DNA of 58,651 nucleotides, taken from the NCBI GenBank assembly GCA_964581035.1, contig CAZOLO010000005.1, positions 1 through 58,651 of the forward strand, given 5' to 3'. The translations under genes were made by a program, and so were the position numbers. The stretch is from an uncultured Candidatus Saccharibacteria bacterium (GTDB lineage: Bacteria; Patescibacteriota; Minisyncoccia; Phycocordibacterales; CSBR16-119). Of this stretch, positions 1 through 7,396 are shown in pieces; positions within the stretch are counted from its first letter, which is position 1, and each line of letters begins with the position of its first letter. Under the pieces are notes generated by a model. That model did not search any database, was not told the DNA's origin, and saw only the letters and a list, made by a program, of their open reading frames with translations.

Positions 1-86
1 AGAAGGGTCAAGATAATATATTCCAATTAGTGAAAATAACCTTACTGGGTAAGGAATCACATGGTTCGAGCTCGAGAAGGCTCACA

Positions 87-133
87 TAAAACAGTTAGGC
101 CCGGACACACAGTGTTCGGGTTTTACTGTTTTA
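87..133 (+). terminator. Stem-loop upstream of structured element copy 1
   Basis: TAAAACAGT/ACTGTTTTA outer stem, plus AGGCCCGGACAC/GTGTTCGGGTTT inner stem with G-U pairs and an ACA loop. Confidence 0.55.
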
Positions 134-144
134 CTGACGGTAAA

Positions 145-273
145 GGAATCGAAAGACGAAGCCGGTATACAAGACGAGCTACAGCGAGTGCTTGTCGGCG
201 AGCCGGGGTCGCGAGCACTTGGGCTTTTTCGAGTTTTGCGAAGAAAAAGACTTAGTGACTTGTGACCGATTCC
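145..273 (+). repeat. Structured non-coding element, copy 1 (three-way junction)
   Basis: Closing stem GGAATCG/CGATTCC; arm GCCG..ACAAG..C-GA-GCT-ac-AGC-GA-G..CTTGT-CGGC; arm GGTCGCGAG-CACT..CTTTTTC/GAAAAAG..AGTG-CTTGTGACC; same architecture as 4727-4852. Confidence 0.6.
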
Positions 274-286
274 CCGTACCCTCACA

Positions 287-325
287 AATATAAGAAGTCA
301 CGTTTGAAACGTGACTTCTTATATT
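287..325. terminator. Perfect 19-bp inverted repeat (terminator/palindrome)
   Basis: AATATAAGAAGTCACGTTT-G-AAACGTGACTTCTTATATT, just past the stop of the minus-strand regulator gene. Confidence 0.7.
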
Positions 326-337
326 CTTAAGCATTAT

Positions 338-1090
338 CTATTCCCCGTCCCACATATACCGAAACATATTCTCAAAAGTTTTTGCAATGTCTTCGCTTTC
401 AATAATAGTTGTTACGATTTCATCTTTCATTGATGTAATGCTCACAGTGTTGTTGTAAATCATTACCTGGGCAGGCATTGTAAATCTCTCAACAGGAATT
501 ATCTTTCTAGTAATATTCCTCTCTAAGTTATGTGCCAACTTTTTTGTACCCATGTGAGGTAGGTGTGGTGTTAGAACAAAAGAGCGTATACCTTTCATAG
601 ACTGCCTTTCTAATTGCTCTGTAACCATACTTCTAATATCCTTATTCTCTCTATCATAAAGAGAGCGTATAACTCGAACCTCTTTAGCGCTTTTTAAGAT
701 ATCTTCATATGTTTTCTTAACACCCTCTAAGCCTTCATAGAATTCGATATGAGGCTTGTTGTGAGCCATATTATAGTCAGACATCATTTCTGTAATATTT
801 TCCTCGTATGCCCTGCTGGCTCTCTTTAGCTCTTTTTCTTTTTTTTCAATAAGCGACCTAACATTTTTAGGATGCTTCGCTCTAAACAATCGAATTTTTC
901 CTTTCTCTTCTCTTTCCACTAAACCAAGATCTTCTAGCTGACCCAGAACTATATAAGTTAGCTCTCTCCCAATCCCGGATTTTGTGGCTATAAGCCTAAC
1001 AGGTAAGACTCTTGCGGAAACAAGTGATTCATATATTTTCGCTTGATTTTCAGACAAACCGAGCTTTTCTAAAGAATTTAAATACTTCAT
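338..1090 (-). CDS. TrmB-family HTH transcriptional regulator
   Basis: N-terminal LEKLGLSENQAKIYESL..IATKSGIGRELTYIVLGQL winged HTH; FYEGLEGVKKTYEDIL and C-terminal effector-like domain; start moved to MKYLNS. Confidence 0.8.
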   Translation of the reverse strand: MKYLNSLEKLGLSENQAKIYESLVSARVLPVRLIATKSGIGRELTYIVLGQLEDLGLVEREEKGKIRLFRAKHPKNVRSLIEKKEKELKRASRAYEENITEMMSDYNMAHNKPHIEFYEGLEGVKKTYEDILKSAKEVRVIRSLYDRENKDIRSMVTEQLERQSMKGIRSFVLTPHLPHMGTKKLAHNLERNITRKIIPVERFTMPAQVMIYNNTVSITSMKDEIVTTIIESEDIAKTFENMFRYMWDGE

Positions 1091-1249
1091 TGTAAATAAT
1101 ATTTTACAAAATAAACAATTATAAATCAACTATTACTCTTGCTGTAAAACACTTTTTAATGATACCCCTTATAAATGTAATTTAGATGTGTACATACTAG
1201 TCTTAATACCCCACAATATAGTTAAAGAAACATTAAAAACAAAATAACA

Positions 1250-1573
1250 ATGGAAACGAAAAAGAAAGTGCTTTGTCAAAAATGGGAAGAATCAGAATAT
1301 GAACCAGGTTGGGGAGTTAGTGTAAGACCTGATGGATGCTCTCTCCACACATCAGAAAATGAACTGTCTAAGTATGTAAAAAAATATTGGGATAGCATGC
1401 CAGACGAAACGCCCGACATATACTCTAGACCAGATGGAGATGGTGTGTGGTGCGAAGTAAGCTTGGATTTCTTTAGAGAAGTTAAAGAAATAGAAGAAAG
1501 AGATCTGTGGGTTCGAGTGTTCCAGAGACATATGAATGGTGATATAAACACTTGGCTTGATATTAAAAAATAA
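1250..1573 (+). CDS. Hypothetical protein (107 aa, Trp/acidic rich)
   Basis: ATG after an A-rich leader; 12 nt upstream of the next gene; no family recognised. Confidence 0.65.
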   Translation: METKKKVLCQKWEESEYEPGWGVSVRPDGCSLHTSENELSKYVKKYWDSMPDETPDIYSRPDGDGVWCEVSLDFFREVKEIEERDLWVRVFQRHMNGDINTWLDIKK

Positions 1574-1585
1574 AGAAATGAAATC

Positions 1586-2239
1586 ATGAAAACAATCACA
1601 GAAAATAGACAAAGATTCCTAGACAGACTTGCTGGTCACTTCTCCATAGAAGACATGAGGCTGATCGAGTATGCTTATGACCTGTCTAAGGAGGCGCATC
1701 GAACACATGTTCGTGACAGTGGAGAAAGATACTTTGAGCATCCACGAGAAGGAGCCCTTATCATCATTGATGAACTTAAGCTCTATGATAGAGATCTCAT
1801 TATAGCCTTCCTTCTTCATGATACCGGAGAAGATAGTCCTATTTTTGGAAATCGAAATGTTTCATACAAGCTTTTCCGGGAAACACTACTTTTCAGAACT
1901 AAGCTTCTTTTCGGGAATAGAGTAGCCTCTATTCTTCTTAGACTCACCAAGCCATCGATTGACCGGGTTATCTTTAATTCAAAAGATGCGGTAAAGAGGT
2001 TTTATCTGTCAGGAATCAGAAAGAGCGCGGACGCAATTATTGGCAAGATGGTGGACAGGCTTCATAACCTCCGAACACTTTCTGAGTGTAGTAAGGATAA
2101 GGTGCTTAGCCAGATCAAAGAAACAGAAGAAGTATACATTCCAATCTTTTCCTCGGTGACCGGAGAAAAGCAAAAGTATGCAGACATGCTTCTTTCTAAG
2201 ATCTTTGCAGAATTACAAACATTAAAAGCGAGTCTTTAG
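1586..2239 (+). CDS. Stand-alone RelA/SpoT-type HD hydrolase (small alarmone hydrolase-like)
   Basis: AH..RDSGERYFEHP, LLHDTGED, LTK and KMVDRLHNLRTL motifs; no synthetase domain. Confidence 0.85.
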   Translation: MKTITENRQRFLDRLAGHFSIEDMRLIEYAYDLSKEAHRTHVRDSGERYFEHPREGALIIIDELKLYDRDLIIAFLLHDTGEDSPIFGNRNVSYKLFRETLLFRTKLLFGNRVASILLRLTKPSIDRVIFNSKDAVKRFYLSGIRKSADAIIGKMVDRLHNLRTLSECSKDKVLSQIKETEEVYIPIFSSVTGEKQKYADMLLSKIFAELQTLKASL

Positions 2240-2249
2240 ACTCGCTTTT
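2224..2249. terminator. Bidirectional terminator-like hairpin
   Basis: AAAAGCGAGTCT-TT-AGACTCGCTTTT between convergent genes. Confidence 0.7.
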
Positions 2250-2257
2250 TTATGAAC

Positions 2258-2899
2258 CTATCTAAAAGGAATTATAATCTTTTCTCTTGACCTTTCTTCA
2301 TATTCTTTATCCTCGGTAAAAATCATCTCCACAGCCTCTGACTTAAAGTCAGATAAAAATGATAAGTCAATGAAACTGGATGCAACCTCTTCTGCATACC
2401 GCTCGTCTTCAAACTTAAAAAGAGTAATGTGGGGATTGAAATTTTTAAAGCCATACGGATAGCCCCATTTTTTCATGTTTTCAATCTCTTTAGGGTCTAA
2501 CCTCTTTAAGACGTCTGAATTAGTGTAGATATCCTTCACAAGACCTTCTCTTAGCGGATTTAACCTATTCATTAAGGTTTTGTGAAATAGCATTAAGTCG
2601 TCTTTCGCATAAAAACTAATAGATACATACCCGCTCTTATTCCCTAAACCTTTTGGATTAATTTCTATCGGTTTGAACCCAGAAGAAATATCTCTTACTG
2701 TATTAATAACTTTTTCTTTGTTTGAAACAGGAAAAATCCCAACATATAGACTAATATGGGCATGGTCAGGATTCTTTTCTAAAGATCTTGTTCCACTTTT
2801 ATCCTTAACGATGTCTCTAGTTACATCAACAAGTCCAGAAATGTATCGCTCTGGAACCTTAAGAGAGACAACTAGCATAAATGTATTTTTTATTTCCAT
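2258..2899 (-). CDS. 2H phosphoesterase (2'-5' RNA ligase superfamily)
   Basis: Two HxS/T motifs: AHISL and FNPHITL. Confidence 0.75.
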   Translation of the reverse strand: MEIKNTFMLVVSLKVPERYISGLVDVTRDIVKDKSGTRSLEKNPDHAHISLYVGIFPVSNKEKVINTVRDISSGFKPIEINPKGLGNKSGYVSISFYAKDDLMLFHKTLMNRLNPLREGLVKDIYTNSDVLKRLDPKEIENMKKWGYPYGFKNFNPHITLFKFEDERYAEEVASSFIDLSFLSDFKSEAVEMIFTEDKEYEERSREKIIIPFR

Positions 2900-2908
2900 A
2901 AGATAATA

Positions 2909-3577
2909 TTACCACTCAATCCCCTCCTCACCCCTTCCTTTCAAATACTCATTCGCTTGGGAGAAATGTTTACATCCTAAGAATCCAGTGTGAGCCGAAA
3001 GTGGTGAGGGGTGTGGAGCCTCTAGAACTAAATGTTTGGTTGTATCTATTAATCCCTTCTTTTCTTTCGCAAAGTTACCCCACAACATGAATACAGCCCC
3101 TTCTCTTTGGTCTGAAATTGTCTTTATAGCCATGTCAGTAAGCTTCTCCCACCCTTTTCCTCTATGCGATGCTGGCTCGCCTGACACGACGGTAAGAATT
3201 GAATTTAATAAAAGAACACCTTGGCTCCCCCATTCTTCCAAGTTTCCTTTTGTGAAATCTTTTTTAATACCAATATCACTTTCAATTTCCTTATATATAT
3301 TCTTGAGAGATGGTGGAAGTTTCACACCGTCTTGTACTGAGAAACACAAACCGTGGGCCTGCCCTTCTCCATGGTATGGATCCTGGCCGATTATTACAAC
3401 CTTCACTTTATCAAAGGGTGTAAGGCTAAAAGCATTAAAAAGATCTTCCTGTTTTGGATAAACAGCCTTTGATAAATACTCCTTTTGCACAAAATCTGAC
3501 AAGCTAAGCCACACATCAGAATTCAAGAAATTCTTAAGTTTCTCTTTCCAGCTTTTTTCTATCTGAACATCTTTCAT
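2909..3577 (-). CDS. ung: Uracil-DNA glycosylase family 1
   Basis: GQDPYH, GLCFSV, PPSLKNI, HPSPLS motifs. Confidence 0.97.
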   Translation of the reverse strand: MKDVQIEKSWKEKLKNFLNSDVWLSLSDFVQKEYLSKAVYPKQEDLFNAFSLTPFDKVKVVIIGQDPYHGEGQAHGLCFSVQDGVKLPPSLKNIYKEIESDIGIKKDFTKGNLEEWGSQGVLLLNSILTVVSGEPASHRGKGWEKLTDMAIKTISDQREGAVFMLWGNFAKEKKGLIDTTKHLVLEAPHPSPLSAHTGFLGCKHFSQANEYLKGRGEEGIEW

Positions 3578-3589
3578 GTTGTAAGTATA

Positions 3590-3617
3590 ACAAAAGACCT
3601 CTTTCGAGGTCTTTTGT
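3590..3617 (-). terminator. tRNA-Pro terminator
   Basis: ACAAAAGACCTC-TTTC-GAGGTCTTTTGT directly downstream of the tRNA. Confidence 0.7.
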
Positions 3618-3622
3618 ATTTG

Positions 3623-3695
3623 TCGGAGTGCCGGGATTCGAACCCGGAGTCACCCGTACCCAAAACGGGCATGTTAGCCGTTACACCACACTCCG
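3623..3695 (-). tRNA. tRNA-Pro(TGG), CCA not encoded
   Basis: Reverse complement CGGAGTG...CCCGT-TT-TGG-GT-ACGGG...CCGGG-TTCGAAT-CCCGG-CACTCCG-A. Confidence 0.95.
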
Positions 3696-3771
3696 TTGTA
3701 TGTGAAACTCCAATATCTTATCATAACGGCAAATAAATACAATTAAAAAAGAGGCAAAAGCCTCTTTAAAA

Positions 3772-3987
3772 TCAATAAGGATTATCTGTATCTATTTGAT
3801 CCGTTTTTTTACCAGAATTTCTTTCCCCTTCATCATCAGAGTCAACATAACCAGATTGATCTGGAAAATCATCCTCTTCATTAGGTTCCGAGTGACTTGG
3901 GTTCTCTGAACTAGATAACCTAGATTCAGAAATTATACCAAAGTCACCTGAGGACCTCTCTCCCTTACCCGATACTTTAATTGTCAT
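3772..3987 (-). CDS. Small acidic, probably disordered hypothetical protein
   Basis: 71-aa ORF downstream of yraN, followed by hairpin AAAGAGGC/GCCTCTTT (3748-3767). Confidence 0.5.
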   Translation of the reverse strand: MTIKVSGKGERSSGDFGIISESRLSSSENPSHSEPNEEDDFPDQSGYVDSDDEGERNSGKKTDQIDTDNPY

Positions 3988-4019
3988 GGTTTCATACTTT
4001 TGTTCATATGAATTTTACA

Positions 4020-4400
4020 CTATAAATCTATCATTTCAACTTTTGCCACTTTTTCATCCTGGTCTATCAAGACATTTAGAAGTTTTATATCTGTTTCACA
4101 TGAAACTTCATTATTCATGAGATATATATTTACAGCCTTCAAAAATCTTTCAATCTTCTTTGGATGCATGTTTTCTGCAGGATTGTATGTTTCATATGAA
4201 ACATCACGTTTGTATATACTACTTTTTACCTCAAAAAAGTATAAGATGCTGTCTTTTTTAGCAATAACGTCAATTTCCCCTTGTTTTACAGTGTAATTAC
4301 GGCAAATTATAGAGAAACCTTCTCTTTTTAGGAATTTAACAGCAAGATCTTCGCCTAGTTGACCAATTTTTTGCGTTTTTGATGTAAATACTCGAATCAC
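4020..4400 (-). CDS. yraN: YraN-family (UPF0102) PD-(D/E)XK-like protein
   Basis: GQLGEDLAVKFL, RNY..GEIDVIA..FFEVK. Confidence 0.9.
   Translation of the reverse strand: MIRVFTSKTQKIGQLGEDLAVKFLKREGFSIICRNYTVKQGEIDVIAKKDSILYFFEVKSSIYKRDVSYETYNPAENMHPKKIERFLKAVNIYLMNNEVSCETDIKLLNVLIDQDEKVAKVEMIDL
4092..4107. promoter_or_regulatory. parS: parS-like site (inside yraN)
   Basis: TGTTTCACATGAAACT vs consensus TGTTTCACGTGAAACA. Confidence 0.7.
4188..4203. promoter_or_regulatory. parS: parS-like site (inside yraN)
   Basis: TGTTTCATATGAAACA, perfect palindrome. Confidence 0.8.
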
Positions 4401-4407
4401 GTTGATA

Positions 4408-4423
4408 AGTTTCAGATGAAACC
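4408..4423. promoter_or_regulatory. parS: Degenerate parS-like site
   Basis: AGTTTCAGATGAAACC. Confidence 0.55.
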
Positions 4424-4432
4424 ATATATTTA

Positions 4433-4448
4433 TGTTTCACGTGAAACA
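4433..4448. promoter_or_regulatory. parS: Consensus parS site
   Basis: TGTTTCACGTGAAACA exact match, inside a perfect 32-bp palindrome (4425-4456). Confidence 0.92.
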
Positions 4449-4533
4449 TAAATATAACTATTGTCCATTAAAATTGTTGTAAAATAAGGCTTTTATGCCT
4501 TTAAAGACATTCTTATTATACCAAATTGTGTCG

Positions 4534-4576
4534 TTTATCCCCTTTATCAACACACTTATCCACACAAGGGGATAAA
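4534..4576. promoter_or_regulatory. DnaA-box cluster inside the parS region
   Basis: TTATCCACA (4556-4564) and TTATCAACA (4544-4552), flanked by inverted TTTATCCCCTT/AAGGGGATAAA. Confidence 0.55.
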
Positions 4577-4587
4577 TGTCTTTTATA

Positions 4588-4603
4588 CGTTTCATATGAA
4601 ACA
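4588..4603. promoter_or_regulatory. parS: parS-like site
   Basis: CGTTTCATATGAAACA. Confidence 0.75.
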
Positions 4604-4726
4604 TAATTGTATAAATACACTGATTTGTATGAATTTTGACTTCAGAATTGTATATCAGGGGGAATTACCACTTTATTTAGTTATTCTGAGATTCAACCAT
4701 AAATAGTTATTTTGTAAGTTGAAGGA

Positions 4727-4852
4727 GGGGTATCGATCCCGGAGTTGCTAATATTCTCGAAAATCAGAGATTTTCTGCGATATAAGTACTCCTGGACGCA
4801 GCTCGCCTTTTCTCACTTCGCTCGAAATATGGCTCCACTGGCTCGAATCCCC
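4727..4852 (-). repeat. Structured non-coding element, copy 2 (downstream of tRNA-Arg)
   Basis: Minus strand GGGGATTCGA..CAGT-GGA-GCC..TTT-C-GA-GC-gaa-GT-GA-G-AAA..GGC-GA-GCTG..GTCCAGGAGTACTT..GAAAATC/GATTTTC..TAGCAACTCCGGGATCGATACCCC. Confidence 0.6.
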
Positions 4853-4892
4853 GCAAAGAAAGAAGTTTCTTTGCTCCTCTTGTGTGTCACGG

Positions 4893-4933
4893 AATAGCAA
4901 AAAACACACAAATATTGTGTGTTTTTTGCTATT
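4893..4933 (-). terminator. tRNA-Arg terminator, perfect 19-bp inverted repeat
   Basis: AATAGCAAAAAACACACAA-ATA-TTGTGTGTTTTTTGCTATT. Confidence 0.75.
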
Positions 4934-4935
4934 TG

Positions 4936-5007
4936 TGCACCCGGAGGGATTCGAACCCCCAACGACGGTTCCGAAGACCGGTATGATATCCATTTCACTA
5001 CGGGTGC
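4936..5007 (-). tRNA. tRNA-Arg(TCG), CCA not encoded
   Basis: Reverse complement GCACCCG..CGGT-CT-TCG-GA-ACCG..GGGGG-TTCGAAT-CCCTC-CGGGTGC-A. Confidence 0.93.
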
Positions 5008-5018
5008 TTAGTTAAATG

Positions 5019-5034
5019 CGTTTCATATGAAACA
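5019..5034. promoter_or_regulatory. parS: parS-like site
   Basis: CGTTTCATATGAAACA just upstream of tRNA-Arg. Confidence 0.75.
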
Positions 5035-5118
5035 GGGTAGATTATATGACGTTTCCCCAAATAAAGCAATACATTTTAGTAAAAAAGTGTTATGATTTAA
5101 TAGTTAATCATTAAATAT

Positions 5119-5171
5119 GTGGGTATAAGCCATCGGGGCAATATACCAGGGTTCGAATCCCTATATCCGCA
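5119..5171 (+). ncRNA. Anticodon-less tRNA-like element in the cca leader (candidate)
   Basis: GTGGGTA/TATCCGC-A acceptor-like stem; GCC-ATCGG-GGC D-like arm; AGGG-TTCGAAT-CCCT T arm; extended -10 TGTTATGAT at 5088-5096. Confidence 0.55.
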
Positions 5172-5181
5172 AAACAGATCA

Positions 5182-6693
5182 ATGCAAACAATGCATTTTA
5201 AAATACCAAAAGAAGTAGTCAAAGTTGTTGAAACCCTTAAAAATGGAGGTTTTGAGGCATTTTTGGTAGGTGGATGTGTTAGAGATCTTTTAACAAACAA
5301 GAATCCAAAAGATTGGGACCTAACAACAAATGCAAAACCAGAACAAATTCAGGGGTTGTTTGAAAAAACAGTATATGAGAATAACTTTGGGACAGTTGCT
5401 ATTGTGAACGAAGACTTAGAACAGGACAGCCCGGTTAGAGTAATAGAAGTAACTCCTTATAGGACAGAGACAACCTACAGTAATAATCGTCACCCAGATG
5501 AAGTATCTTTCAGTGAAAACCTGGAGGATGATCTAAAGAGAAGGGATTTTACTATGAATGCAATAGCCCTTGAAGTCAAAGGGTTTCTCATGGACAGCGA
5601 TAAAGGACAGGAGGTTATTATAAAAGACATGTATGGTGGCATAAAAGACATTCAAGAGCAGACTATTAGAGCGGTGGGGGATGCTAATGAAAGATTCCAA
5701 GAAGACGCTCTTAGAATTATGCGTGCTATAAGATTTTCTTCACAACTTGGTTTCATGGCAGATTCTGAAGTTCTAGAGGCTATGGAAAAGAACAAGACCC
5801 TAATGGCAAATATATCTGAGGAAAGAATTCGAGATGAATTAGTAAAGATCATAAACTCAGACGATCCAATGATAGCTTTCGTTACAATGCAACGAATCGG
5901 AATATTACCTTATGTAATCTCTGAGCTCGAGGAGATGATAAAAATTGAACAGGGAGGAGAGCATATCTACGATGTGTGGGAGCATTCACTGAGAGCCTTG
6001 CAGAATGGGGCTGACAAAAAGAATCCGTTTCACGTGAGACTTGCTGCGCTATTCCACGATATAGGGAAACCACGAACTAGAAAACCTGACCCAAAGGGGA
6101 AGGGTTGGACTTTCTATGCCCATGAGGTGATTGGGGCAAGAATGACTAAAAAGATCATGAATAGGCTACACTTTTCACGTGAAACCACAGAAAAGGTTGT
6201 TTCACTTGTGAGATGGCATATGTTTTTCTCAGATCCAGACCAAATAACACTTTCAGCTGTAAGGAGACTTATACGAAATGTAGGACCTGAGCTAGTTTGG
6301 GATCTTATGGATGTTCGCAGATGTGACCGAATAGGGATGGGAAGGCCAAAAGAAGCTCCATATAGACTAAGAAAGTTTGAGGCTATGATTGATGAGGTAA
6401 GTAGAGATCCAGTCTCAGTGAAACAGCTCAAACTCAATGGAGATATCATGCTGGCAGAACTTGGCATGAAACCAGGTAGGGAAATAGGTTGGATACTCCA
6501 CGCACTGCTGGAAGAAGTGCTAGATGACCCAAAAAAGAATGAATTGGAGTACCAAAAATGTCGTGCCCAAGAACTCCTAGATTTACCAAAAGAAGAACTT
6601 AAAAAGCTTGGTGAAGCAGGGAAGGAGGCAACAGAAGAGGCGGAAGAGGCAGAATTGAAGGAGATTAGAAAGAAACATAAGGTAGGTAAGTAA
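5182..6693 (+). CDS. cca: CCA tRNA nucleotidyltransferase with HD domain
   Basis: LVGGCVRDLL..KDWDL, DLKRRDFTMNA, RFQEDALRIMRAIRF, HS..FHDIGKP; start at MQTMHF (5182 or 5191) rather than the GTG at 5119. Confidence 0.92.
   Translation: MQTMHFKIPKEVVKVVETLKNGGFEAFLVGGCVRDLLTNKNPKDWDLTTNAKPEQIQGLFEKTVYENNFGTVAIVNEDLEQDSPVRVIEVTPYRTETTYSNNRHPDEVSFSENLEDDLKRRDFTMNAIALEVKGFLMDSDKGQEVIIKDMYGGIKDIQEQTIRAVGDANERFQEDALRIMRAIRFSSQLGFMADSEVLEAMEKNKTLMANISEERIRDELVKIINSDDPMIAFVTMQRIGILPYVISELEEMIKIEQGGEHIYDVWEHSLRALQNGADKKNPFHVRLAALFHDIGKPRTRKPDPKGKGWTFYAHEVIGARMTKKIMNRLHFSRETTEKVVSLVRWHMFFSDPDQITLSAVRRLIRNVGPELVWDLMDVRRCDRIGMGRPKEAPYRLRKFEAMIDEVSRDPVSVKQLKLNGDIMLAELGMKPGREIGWILHALLEEVLDDPKKNELEYQKCRAQELLDLPKEELKKLGEAGKEATEEAEEAELKEIRKKHKVGK
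6026..6041. promoter_or_regulatory. parS: parS-like site (inside cca)
   Basis: CGTTTCACGTGAGACT. Confidence 0.55.
6171..6186. promoter_or_regulatory. parS: parS-like site (inside cca)
   Basis: CTTTTCACGTGAAACC. Confidence 0.6.
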
Positions 6694-6742
6694 TTATATA
6701 AAAACCCCTCCGACCAGAGGGGTTTCTTTATATATGTCTGTA

Positions 6743-7033
6743 TTAAATTTTAGGTGGGCCTCTGCAAAGTTCATGAATGTAACTTTCCGAACAAATATTA
6801 CATGAATCCTGGGTGAAAGGCTTTTTCGGTGACAGGAAACTGTAATCATTGGGTTCGATAGTAACTGGATCATATTCGATGATCGCAACTTGCTCCAAAG
6901 GCTTAAAATGAAATTCTTCTGGGTAAAATATATCGTGCTCTTCCTGAGAAAGAACAAGATAATCCTCAATTTCTGTGTCCCAAACCATTACAGTTGGGGC
7001 AATAAGTCCACAACCGTAAATAAATATCTTCAT
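6743..7033 (-). CDS. Hypothetical protein with C-terminal CxxC..H..C
   Basis: Own TTGACT-17-TATTGT promoter (from 7086) and hairpin at ~6702-6726. Confidence 0.55.
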   Translation of the reverse strand: MKIFIYGCGLIAPTVMVWDTEIEDYLVLSQEEHDIFYPEEFHFKPLEQVAIIEYDPVTIEPNDYSFLSPKKPFTQDSCNICSESYIHELCRGPPKI

Positions 7034-7123
7034 TTAGATATGTTCGAGTTTTGTACAACAATACACTCACAAGCTTTTAAAGTCAATAATTTAAAAAACG
7101 AACCATTTTGGCTCGCTCTTAGA

Positions 7124-7333
7124 CTAGCAACACTGCCCAATCTTTTCTATTAACATCTCGTACATACTTTCAAATGTTTCATATGAAACCTCTGGTAAGA
7201 AATATGCAGATATAGCCCACAGAAACATGATGAATATTAATCCCCAGAATAGTATTCTTACCCAAATTGGGTGCAACTCTTCTTTTTTATTCTCTCTAGC
7301 CCAAAAAGGGTCAATTCCGCTCTTGTCTGACAT
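7124..7333 (-). CDS. Small single-pass membrane protein
   Basis: Hydrophobic stretch ILFWGLIFIMFLWAISAYF. Confidence 0.55.
   Translation of the reverse strand: MSDKSGIDPFWARENKKEELHPIWVRILFWGLIFIMFLWAISAYFLPEVSYETFESMYEMLIEKIGQCC
7175..7190. promoter_or_regulatory. parS: parS-like site
   Basis: TGTTTCATATGAAACC. Confidence 0.7.
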
Positions 7334-7396
7334 GACCGTAGTATTTAATGATTTATTTCTACTATAGAAGATAAAGAAAAACCCCGCAAGGGGTCT

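Noticed and set aside
1-87. GGTTCGAG...CTCACA as a tRNA 3' end
   Set aside because: No T-stem or cloverleaf could be built; upstream context lies outside the window
61-285. ORFs 61..255 (+) and 82..285 (-)
   Set aside because: They overlap hairpins and the structured element, and have no protein-like features
4748-4998. ORFs 4748..4993 and 4813..4998
   Set aside because: They read through tRNA-Arg, its terminator and element copy 2
5119-5181. N-terminal extension of Cca from GTG 5119
   Set aside because: Recognisable Cca sequence begins after 5182; the segment is better explained as a tRNA-like leader
4092-7190. Repeated GTTTCA..TGAAAC as a CRISPR array
   Set aside because: Units are 16-bp palindromes at irregular spacing, partly inside genes; no cas genes; they match parS
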